The notes below the pieces were generated by a model, which was not told the DNA's origin, made no database searches, and saw nothing but the letters and a program-made list of their open reading frames with translations. Position numbers and translations under genes: made by a program. Of a DNA stretch of 64,000 bases, positions 12,989-23,533 are shown in pieces. The stretch is from Marsupella aquatica. Its lineage: Eukaryota > Plantae > Marchantiophyta. Position 1 is the stretch's first letter; each line of letters opens with the position of its first letter. The DNA is taken from the NCBI GenBank assembly GCA_973895155.1, contig OZ316898.1:7737079-7801078 (forward strand), written 5' to 3'.

Positions 12989-13962
12989 TCAAAGGAGGTA
13001 GCAGGTTACTAAGGATAAGTGAGAGAGCTGGGGTCAAAGCTGGCGCGTGGACTGAAGAACTGGTGCACTGCAAAGGATCGGCCCCCTTTATACTCTGAGA
13101 GCTCGTCGATCGCCCGACGCCTCCTCATCGCTTATAGGCCAAGCCTTTCACGCTTGCAGTGTACCGGCCACTTCGCCGGTCCGGGTCAGCTCGTGTCAGT
13201 GGCCGCCTCCCGGAGTTAGTTATACGGCCCTGAGGGAGGGGGAAAGGGGGCTCATTACACGCTCGCAACCCGGATGTGCGAATGGCGACCCGCCGCCAAC
13301 CCGAACGTGAATTCCCCTTATTGACTAATGATTTCCTACTCATAATGGCTACCTAAATACTATCGTTATGCTAATAATAATGGCATAAGATACCCCTAAC
13401 ACGCGTGCTAAGCGCGGTTAGACCGAATCACTCATTACCCTCCGTACCGGCGGCGTCATAGTCACACATGAGCTCTCTATCTCACGTCGTGTCGTTACAA
13501 TAAGCAAACACTAATGTACCAGTGGCTTACACTAGCCCTAGTATGTACAAGGTCACTTACAATTAATCTAACCTTAGCTAAGTTCCTAATTGTGGTTAGA
13601 TTAATTATCGTAACCTATGAGTCACAAGACTAAGAGCAATACTTAACAGTGTCTAAGTGCAGGCTCCTCCTGGGAAGACAGTCATGACACCCAAGGCTGC
13701 AATTCCAAGCAATTGTCTGCTGCACTTATCAATAAATGCTTCTAATATATGTCTTGTAGTCATTGATTAGTGCATTTGTATTCTTATAGACAAAAATTGC
13801 CCTTATGTATTTGTCATTTAATAATAGGCAACCTGTACTTATAGACAATGCATTTTTATTAGTGTATTTACAAAGGAATTTGCTGTATTATTGAGGGACT
13901 ACATGACCACCCTACAATTACCCACAGAATCCAGCTATACATGCTGCACTTATGCAAGGTAC

Positions 13963-14306
13963 TATTAGATATTGCTCTAGTCTTGTGACTCATGAGCTAA
14001 CCACAGTTAGTCTAACTTGGGTTAGGACTTAGCTAATGTTAGCGGTAGTCCTGTTGTGCATATAGCCAAGGCTAATGCCAGACCCTGGTGGAACTTAGGT
14101 TCATTGTTACGGAGCTAGTTGAGAGATAGGGAGAGCTTGTGCTGTGGATGCTTGGTATGGCCGGTCGGCCTAGAGTGCAGTAAAGCTCTTGTGTGTTCCC
14201 GTGGACATAGCCTCATGTGGAGGTGAACCACGTATCTCTTTGTGTCGACTCTTGTGCGTTGGATGGTTCATGGGCTTGCCGTTGCGAATGTCGTCTTTGC
14301 TCAACA
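13963..14306 (+). mobile_element. Solo LTR (copia-type), copy 1
   Basis: T(A)TTAGA...CTCAACA with perfect TSD GGTAC. About 94% identical to 48218-48562 by manual count. Has the GTGGACATAG...GAACCACGT motif also seen in the copia LTR. Strand is relative only. Confidence 0.93.
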
Positions 14307-14440
14307 GGTACTTCCACTTGACAGCCAGATTTATTGTGTGTGTAAGAATCAAGGCCTTGAGTCTCAAGCCCCCCCGTCCAACTCACTCCTCCTGGCATTG
14401 AGACCAAAGGCTTCAAGTGTACGCCACTTTAGATGGGGGT

Positions 14441-16569
14441 TGTGACAGGGCCCCAAATCCGGTAGTAACTTAGTGATGACTTATAATTGCGTATATGAGT
14501 AGAAAGCAAGTAGGTGTAGCAAAAGTGTTTGGTTTTCAAAATTTTTAATTTTTGTTAGTTCTAAAAAATTGATGCGACAACCGGAGGCCGGAGTAGAGAG
14601 GGGTGTCGGGTGGTGATGGATGACAAGGGAACCATTGAGGGGGTACAAGGAGGCCACAAGGCAGCCCAAGGACTTGGAGCCAAGGTGTGGGCATCTTGGA
14701 GGGGTGGGGGCTGGTCGGAGGCTCCACATAAGGCGCAAAACGGGAAGAATGACAAAATATAGAAAACATTGAAACTTAAAACAGACGTTTCTGCGCTAGT
14801 ACTATTCTAAACATGGTCATGTTTGGATTCATTTTGAAGCCCTCAATGAGCCCCATGCGAAACTGAGGTTCTCTAGTTGATTTTAGATCTATATCAAATA
14901 GTGACATATCAAGGGACCTCAACGCCCGTAAAATGGCAAACTAGACAATCTTGGAGTAGTGATGGTGGGAGGGCCCTTAGAAGGAAGGGGTTCCCACACT
15001 TGTGTTCCCCTTCACTCTTTGTGTGGTTTTCACATGTTTTTTTTGCTCTCTTTCCCTTCCCCACCGTAGAAGGGGCCCTCACACTTTTTTCCTTCCCATT
15101 TTCTCTATTCTCACTTGTGGGGTTTCCATTCATACCTAAACCCTAAACCCTTTCCCTCTTGTGCTTGCTTTCAACATGTGTACGGACCCTAGTTGTACAA
15201 ACATCAGATTTTCAACAATCTCAAAATCAAGAGTCTACGGGCTTGTTGGAAAGAGCTCGCCGAGCTGAATCCAACGATGTGTCACACGGCCAAAATGGAG
15301 CTAAGGCGGGGGAGATACAATAGATCGCATTTTTTTGAGAATACGGGAGTTTTGAGGCCGTACGGACGTAGAGAAGGAGGAGGTAGCAGCACATAGGGGG
15401 CAACGTGATCCGTGTTTTTTCAAAGCCAGGGCCCCCTGGTGTTGTACGGGTGAAACGGAGGGAGACGGTGCCCCGTAAAAAGTTAAACGATCATATCTTG
15501 GCCGTTTGATCTCCGTTTTGTGCACCGTTTATGGAGCCGTGATCAGGAAGAGGAGGGCTCCTCAGATATGTTTTCAGAAGTGAATTCTGAGAAAATTTTA
15601 GTTTCGACAATTATAGGGGCCCCCTCCTTTTACAACGAATCGATGGTGGCGATCAGGAGGATTGAGGCTGGTAGGCAGGGTAGATAGATAGGATAGGAGG
15701 TGGTGGACTCAAGTGAGTCCTTGTTTAGCGGAGTGGTATCCACTCCAATGGAGAGCGATGAGGAGACCAACTCACGGGGCTCAAGCCAGGGCACCATGAG
15801 TGAGAAGGAGAAGGAGAAGAGTAAGATGTTGGAGAAACAGTTGCGGGAGACCCGTAAGTCATCACAGGAAACCCAAGCTGGTCACGGTGCCATCGTATCT
15901 GCTAGTCACGGTGCCACCGTATCCGCTGGTCACGGTGCCAACATTTCATCACCCTCATCATTACCAGTGGAGGTGAGGATTCCAGGGGGTGACCCCTGGT
16001 TCAGTAAGTGAGTCCGGTGAAGACTAGTGGAGGGCCCTTGCTTTTCATGCACTATGGATTGGATGTTGGTACCGGCGAAGGCACCTTTGGTACCGTAGTG
16101 GGCTAGGGTTTTTTTCACAACGTGTGTGTGCCGCACGCTGTAGGTTAGTTTATCTCTTAGATGATTTTGGCTGCGCCGCTAGGGTTGCCGCCATTGTTGC
16201 CACTCCGTGAGGGGTGCTTTGGTGTTTTTTTGGTATTTAGGGGGGAGCCCCGGAGTAGTGAAAGGGGGAACTCAGTCTAGTGTTGATTTTAGGGAAGTTA
16301 GCTCATAGCCAGAAGGGGAAATCGAGCCAGAGTAGTGAGGTAAAGGTGTAGCGCTTGCCCCAGTGAGGCAGGATTTGGGCAGACGGCAGGAGGCCGGGTT
16401 GTCCTTGCAATGTGTTACCACTTTTTGCCAAAAGATATGGATTTGGTTTGATTCCTCAAGTTTGGTGTGGCGTTATCTTTTCCGGCTCACGATTGTGTTC
16501 TTTCCCAAGAAGTGTCTAAGGAATTCTTGCACGGATTGGTCAACCATGTGAGAAGGGGGGGTGGTGACA
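14441..16569 (+). mobile_element. Probable gypsy-type long LTR (~2.1 kb), possibly the 3' LTR of a truncated element
   Basis: TGTGACA...GGTGACA termini, preceded by PPT-like AGATGGGGGT. LTR-like composition. Three 24-bp tandem repeats at ~15878-15945. No matching TSD found. Confidence 0.5.
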
Positions 16570-18878
16570 GCACTCCACCAGTGACCAGCAGGAGTGTGTG
16601 TGTGGCGTAGTCCATGGGACTTGATCAAAAGCAGAGGGGGGCTAGTTGGTAGACTTGATCAAAAATTACATTTTCGGGAGCGGAAATAAACATACTCATC
16701 CTATATGCAATAGAATCCTAATAGTGTCCCTCCACGTTCCCGTCATACGATAACAAACGATTTCAGTAGGAGAAAATATGTATTTGTCATGTAAATCGTT
16801 TGATAAACAGGTGACAGGGGTTTCCATTACATGGGAACTGGAAGAGCTAACAGGGAGCTAGCAGGTTTGGACCTTGCTGCCTATGCGTTCCTCCACTTCG
16901 AGCAACCTCCACTAGGCTGTCCACTTTGGAGTGCCCAACTCTAGTTAAAGTGAGCTTCTGGTGAAACTTGCTCGGACGGCTGGCAGCCATCCACAGTCTC
17001 GGGCAAGTTAAACAGGATTAACTTGCCTTGATCTCGCTTACAGTCCTTAATGGGCTGCACCTAGTACTACTAAATTCTAAGCTATTATCATGCTACACAC
17101 TGAAGCAATCATGTTCTCAAAATGGCCTCATCCATACACACATGCCAAGCATGCGATGGAATTTGATCATTGGCTCTTTAAGGGTACTTTAATAATTACC
17201 TTGTACCTCTGCCAATCTCCCTGTGCATGAAAAGGAGGGCCGTGTGCTCCTTGCCATGCCTCCTTGCATAATGTTCTGCCAGGAAATACAAGATTAAATA
17301 TATTAAAATAAGAGAGTCCAAATTTACTAAAAGGCAGACGACTTGAAAAAGTTCCAGGATGCACTTAACCCCTCAGCCCTTATAGTGCGGGAATATATGT
17401 TATGTGAGCTAGCTCATACTTCACGAGTGGGTGGGCAAATAAAGCTCCCATTTTCATAAAATGAAAAGGCATGGACTGCAAACTGTTTGGCCAATTACAA
17501 CTAGGGTACTCTGGTCTTCATACTTATGTACCCCTCCTTGAACCACTGGGGTCCAGTACTTCTAAATTCTGGCATGTCCATGCCAAACATGAAGTCCTTT
17601 ACTACTGTAGCTCCCTCCCTACCCAGGGCTCCACATTAAGGATGAAAGGGTAAGTCTCTCAAGGCTTCTCTTGAGACCTCTCTCCAAGGTCTCGCCAGCC
17701 AAACTCACAGTCTTAGCCAAAACAGTGTTCGTCGTCTATTTCAGTAGAAAACAAGTTTTCTGAGGCATTTCGCCTCATGCAAGGTTTTTCAGGCTGTCGT
17801 ATCTGGATCATAACCAAGGAAAAAATACCAAGAGAAATCTAAACGGATTTATATGATTTCAAATGGCCAAAAATGGAACGGAAACACCCTAATAAAAACA
17901 AATTTAAACAAAATATTTACTATAAAATTACCAAATGAAAGCAGGTTAGGTCTATAGGTTATGAGCTAGAGACATGGTGTTGACTTCTGAATTCCAGTTA
18001 TAGAGAATCTCTGATGACATCCTCAAGTGATGTGTTTTCAGGAACACTTACTAAAACCTAAAATGTGCCTGGGGTGGGCCCTTTGCTTTCGTTTGGCTGT
18101 TGTTCCTGGTTGTTTGTCCTTCTGCCCTTGTTGGGGGTGTTTCTTTATTTTGGCAGCCTTTCTGGGTCCCCGTCTTCGTGGCGTTCACGTGGAGGAAAAA
18201 CCTGAAATTCACCTCGTTGGTGTTTGCTTTTTTCTTAATTTCTGTGAATTGAATGTCACTACAGGCCCTAGTTCTCCCTATCCATATATTTTTCTTTAAA
18301 TTTCCCCAGTGCCCCCCACTAAACTGGCAAGGTTGGTCTTTATGGTGCTAATTGAGAAAAGTTTACGTTAATAACATGGAAACCCTCATAAATGACATCG
18401 GCACAACAGATCAAAACACAAAAAGGAAGCAACATTTTTCTCTTCTCATAATTATCTTCCTTCCACACAACCCACACCCTCATTTCATTCGTTGCCTGCT
18501 TCAGACCAAGTAAGAGTTCCTTCATTGGTGATTTATTTCATCTGCGAAATTTACTCTTCCAAAATGAATACCTGGATAGCAATCATTGCAATCAACAGGC
18601 CAGAGCATGAGAATGTTTTGAGGGTTTCAAAAATGCTTACTAGCATTGAGTAGTAATATTCTTCGTTTCTCAGACAATAATTTTATGCGAGGGAGAAGAG
18701 AAATCTATATTTACTGTTGAACTATGTATTAATTATTCTCTTTGAAAGTTGGCCTATATGTAATTTATCTGTTTCTGAGAAGGCTAAATTGCCCTGTTGA
18801 ATCTTAATGATTTTTTGGCTCTATACCTTCCCATTCCCCAAAAGACAAAAACAGCGCTGATTAAAATGTGCACAGAGT

Positions 18879-19783
18879 TATATGCTTGGTGGGACCCATG
18901 CCAAAACCCATTTACATGATGGGCCCTTACAAAACTTTTGTTACAATCTAGGCCACTCACAAAAATACTGTTACAACTAGCCCCCTATGTAGGTTTCACA
19001 CACATGGTTCTTATGTGGTGCCTCACGCATGGTCAGCCGTACATTTTCCACCGCACACCATCGTGCGCTGTGTCATAGTCCACTGCTTGTACGACCATGC
19101 TTGCATACATAATGGATTATGTCCACATGATTACAGAATTTTAGGAAATCCACCGCTACATGACAGTGGGTTTGTACAACATTTAGTCTAGTACTTGTAC
19201 ATAGGCTACCAAAATTTGCCCATTAATGTTTGACTATGTGTTCTCTTTGTTTCATACTTAGTCAATTTTTGAAACTTGCAACTTGGTTCCTTTCATACCT
19301 GGACAAATTTGGGGTCTACGTGTGTGACGACAACATCCATGTCATCGTTGCTCCACACTACGTTGGACAATTTTTGAGCATTGCAGTAGGGGCCTACGGC
19401 CAAAAGTAAATGATTCATTCTATACTTAGACAAAAGAACAAAGAGAAATGTCAAAACATAATTATATCATGCAAACACTTTGCATAGCAACCTAATGATG
19501 GAAAATATGGTCAAAATTGAAACCTGAAGACATGAACCATACTGTCTTCACTTAGGAACTCGCAGTCCCCCTCACGGTTTGTGTGGCGGCTTTTTCATTT
19601 AGCATGGTTTGACTCTAGACTTTATGGTAGCTCTTATTGGTGATAATAAGATCTCCTTATAGGAACTGTTCGAAGAACATTTGACACAAAACAAAAGTGT
19701 CAAGAGGGGCCTTGTTTGTAACAAAAGTTCCATAAGGTACTATCATGTAGATTTGTTTTGGTAGGGGTCCCATCCAACATATA
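18879..19783. mobile_element. Old non-autonomous TIR element (MITE/MULE-like)
   Basis: ~80-bp diverged inverted repeats, 18879-18960 vs 19700-19783 (TATATGCTTGGTGGGACCC...ACTTTTGTTACAA). TSD not resolved. Confidence 0.65.
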
Positions 19784-20132
19784 GAATATGATTAGGATAA
19801 ATTTAAGAGTGTTGATGCCATGCCCCTCCCAATACTCTCAATAACAACATATTGTCCACTTGAGGATTTGAGTAGGGTATCATGTTGATGTACATTAATT
19901 CACACACATCAACTCACATGCTGCACATCATCCAACTGATGCAAACTAGAAAAGATATCTCAGAATCATATGCCCAAGAAATCCACAACAAATCAAATGG
20001 AATCATGTCATGGTCTGTCTAGCCAGTTTGGCCTTGCCCACCAGCTAGCCATAAAAGAGATGCCAACTCACATTACTCCGCGCACCCAAACTCTACACAA
20101 ACACTAGTACCAATAAGCTCAACTTAATTTGA

Positions 20133-20597
20133 AGAATGAGTAGCCAAGAGAGGCATGACTTTGTGGGAGCTCACTTGAGTAGAGACTGATAGGTCTTGGG
20201 TTAAACTATTGTGGTTGACAATTCCCTTTCTGTGGGGTTTCACAGATTTTCTCTTTAAAATTAAAAAAAATTAAAAAAAATTAAAAAATGAAGAGCCATT
20301 CACCTGTGCTCCAAGGTATACCCCTCCTTTGACAGGGAAGATTGTAACCTTCAGAGGTCCATAGGAGAATGAGTAGCCAAGAGAGGCATGACTTTGTGGG
20401 AGTTCACTTGAGTAGAGACTGATAGGTCTTGGGTTAAACTATTGTGGTTGACAATTCCCTTTCTGTGGGGTTTCACAGATTTACTCTTTAAAATTAAAAA
20501 AAATTAAAAAAATTGAAGAATGAAGAGCCATTCACCTGTGCTCCAAGGTATAGCCCTCCTTTGACAGGGAAGATTGTAACCTTCAGAGGTCCATAGG
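20133..20597. repeat. Recent tandem duplication, two ~233-bp units
   Basis: 20133-20365 and 20366-20597 differ only by a few substitutions and A-tract lengths. Confidence 0.95.
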
Positions 20598-20806
20598 CCA
20601 CCTGATGAGGTTACCTATACTAGCAGGTTATCCTAGTAAGTAGATCAAACTATTATACTAAGGAGGAAAGCATCATGTTAAAATTGAGGTGACATGTGGC
20701 TTCAACAAAAAGGGTCTGGAGTGCAAGTTTTGAGGGACTATTATTGTACATATTGTTTGCCTCACCAGGAGTTAATAAACTTTAGTACGTGAGACAATTT
20801 CATTCA

Positions 20807-21906
20807 TTTTACTTTCTTTTTCAAGAGACAATTAGAGGAAATATGTCAAAATCAGATTGATGGGCAGTATTTTCCATAAATTTCAGAAATATACAAAGAG
20901 TAAGATCTTGCAGGATTTGAAAAGGATTTAAAGTCCTACAATAAGCTAGATACAGTGTGGCTAGGTAGATGAGAAGCGACCATGAGAACCTGGATCTTCG
21001 TTTCTCCAATCAAGGGCTGAGAGACGAACAGACATGCTCGCTTCACGAACTTCATTGGAAATTGCTGATAATATGAATATAGTAAGCTCCTGAGTTGACA
21101 TCTGGAGCATGTGATCCACAATGCCAAAAAAACGGTTTAATCTATTTAAGTTTCGAGGGGCCATTATTGTCCATATTGGCCTGGCAACAAGGAGTTATTT
21201 AACTACTTACAGTAGAATATAAAGGTGTGAACCTACTCTTCAGGCCTATTGTCTAGAGTGTTTAGACCATGAAGTTAGGGCTGCAACTGAAGTTAGGGCT
21301 GCAACTGAAGTTAGGGGGGTGCAAATGGAAATAAGGGATTATTTAGAGGCATGTGAGACTTTAAAATGCTCAGCGTGGCAGGAGTCATTGGGAACCCAAT
21401 TCAAGCTGGATGGATGAACAGGCAACAAGAGTGGTACACGCTTGAATGTACTCCACTTTATTTCAGGGCTTGAATGTACTCCCCTCTATTTTGGTTTGAA
21501 TAACCAGCATTAGTCCAGTACTCATTAATCTCTGAAAGATTTTTCACTGATTTTACTTTCTTCACAAGGATACAAGTAATGCACAAATCTCAAAATGTGT
21601 GATGGGCATTAATTCTAAAGTTCAGAAATATACACAGAGAAAAATCTTACTGGGATTTAAGAAGGATTTAAACTCTTACAATAAGCGACCTACTGTAGTG
21701 AGAGAATCTCGATCCTTGTTTCTCCAATGGAAGGCTGAGAGACTGACAGTCATGCTCGCTTGTCTAACTTCCATCGGAATTGCTGAGAATATGAAGGATT
21801 AAATAAACTCCAACAGTGAGCGAGGTACAGTTGTGGCAATGTCGATGAGATTCTCGATCCTTGTTTCTGTAATCGAGGGCTGAGAGACTGACAGTCATGC
21901 TCGCTC
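20807..21906. repeat. Diverged direct repeats upstream of the host gene (20807-21080, 21551-21797, partial 21846-21906)
   Basis: Shared blocks TTCAGAAATATACA, AGGATTTAAA, TACAATAAGC, GGCTGAGAGAC..CATGCTCGCT. Confidence 0.8.
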
Positions 21907-22049
21907 AGACGAACGCAATAAAAAAAAAAAAAACTGGAAGAGGAAGAGTCTAGGAGTCCACGAGGTCAGCTTGCACGCTGCATGCAAATTGCGCATGAGC
22001 AATTGTCGTTTGCCATGCGTTTGTGGGCCCTCGTCTGCCTCCTTTAATT

Positions 22050-22050
<1 letters not shown>

Positions 22051-22089
<39 letters not shown>
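22051..22089 (+). repeat. (CT)n microsatellite, probably in the 5' UTR/TSS region of the downstream gene
   Basis: Perfect CT run followed by a candidate donor AG|GTACAT at ~22157. The UTR assignment is inference. Confidence 0.85.
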
Positions 22090-22092
<3 letters not shown>

Positions 22093-23533
22093 CTTCTCGG
22101 TCGCGTCCTCTGTCGCGCTCTCCTGTTGGTTTGGGACGGATCAAGCGGATAGATAGGTACATACCCTAGATAGAGGATTCAGTTTAATTTACATCTTAAC
22201 ATATGAGTACTCACGGACCATAGTGTAAACAACCGTACGCCACACCACACCGGCCGCGAGCTCTATGCGAAGCTGTGCTAAGCAGTCAACTGTCACTGGC
22301 TGGCTTGCTGGCTGGCTCTGGAATATCTCTAACCTGGCACCGACCTTAACTCCAAGCCATGCTGTGAAACTTGGCTTCCTCAGTTCCTCGAGAGCACAGA
22401 GCGCTCGCTCCTGTAGCTGGGACAGGTTGTAAAGCACGGCCAAATGAAGTTGGCTGAGCTGAGACCGACCTTCATTTTAAACTCGTGATAATGAAGTTCT
22501 TACTAACTGGAACACTTAGTTCTGTGAGATCGTCAGCCTCACTGATCTGCTGACGCCTCTTTGGGCAATGGGCCCATCTTGAGAGCCACTGTTCACGTGA
22601 AGACATGATCATACTTTGGTCTTTACTAAACTGTTGCGTGTAGCTGAAAGCTCGAAAGCCCGAAATGTGGGTATTAGATTAGTAGAGCTCCTCCCTCCAC
22701 CTATAGCGAGGGCGTTTGTGATTGCTGACGATCAGTAAGTTCAGCATGGAAACCATTTTGATTACGGGTTTTCTCCAGGGGCATTTCTGAGGCTGCTCTG
22801 GCAAAGCACAGTCACGACAAAGAATGCTGTCTTAGGGTACCCTGTCCCCAGTGGCCACCTGATCCGTGGCATCAAACCCGGGCATGAATATGCTCAGTCT
22901 GAGCCTCGAGTTCTTTCGCTCAGGCATTGCGCGAACACGGAAGTTGGACAGGTGCCGTCATACAGTAGTATGCATATGTCAAAGGTACGACACAGGTAGA
23001 GACCTAGACGGCCTAAACTAGTCAGAGAAAACTTTTGGAAGCTAAGTAGTAATCTGATGTGATCTACTTGTTCGAGCGAGCGCCAGGCCATGATCTACTT
23101 ACTGCTATAGCTCGAAGGAGAATTATGTTGGGAAGAAGGGAGGAAGGAAGGATGTTGTTGTTGTTCGATGGGACATTTGACTGGCTAGAATGAAGGTCGG
23201 TGGTAAATAAGACTGATCTAATTTGAATAGTTTCCAGAAAAAGGTGGCCCGGTGGAGGGAGACATGGAGACGTCATCCGGAAGGCTCGTCCCCAGCAAAC
23301 AGTGCTCGCAAGTTTCGAGCTTCTATTTAAATGCATCTACCGGCATCACATTCTCCGCAGAGCCGATCAATGCAGCTATCAAGCCTTGCAATCTGAAGCT
23401 AGCTACTGCACTACTCTACTCCTCACAAGTTGTCGACGACAGTCACAGGACTCTGGCTGTTCTGTTTTCTCAATACACTACTCACTAAGCTGCTGACGCC
23501 CAACACTTGCTTAGATTTCCAAGCAGCACACTC

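Larger units (their letters stand above)
8830..13460 (-). mobile_element. Giant solo-LTR-like unit (gypsy/Tat-like termini) carrying an internal ORF
   Basis: Begins TGTCACG and ends CGTCATA (probably CA>TA), with an imperfect ~14-bp terminal inverted repeat. Perfect 5-bp TSD GTCAC at 8825-8829 and 13461-13465. No terminal direct repeats, gag or pol seen. Confidence 0.8.
8688..13648 (-). mobile_element. Copia-type solo LTR (~330 bp; 8688-8829 plus 13466-13648) split by a nested insertion
   Basis: TGTTGAAC...CTTAACA ends, TSD ATGTC/GTGTC (1 transition). Both halves are homologous to the reverse complement of the solo LTR at 13963-14306. Confidence 0.85.
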
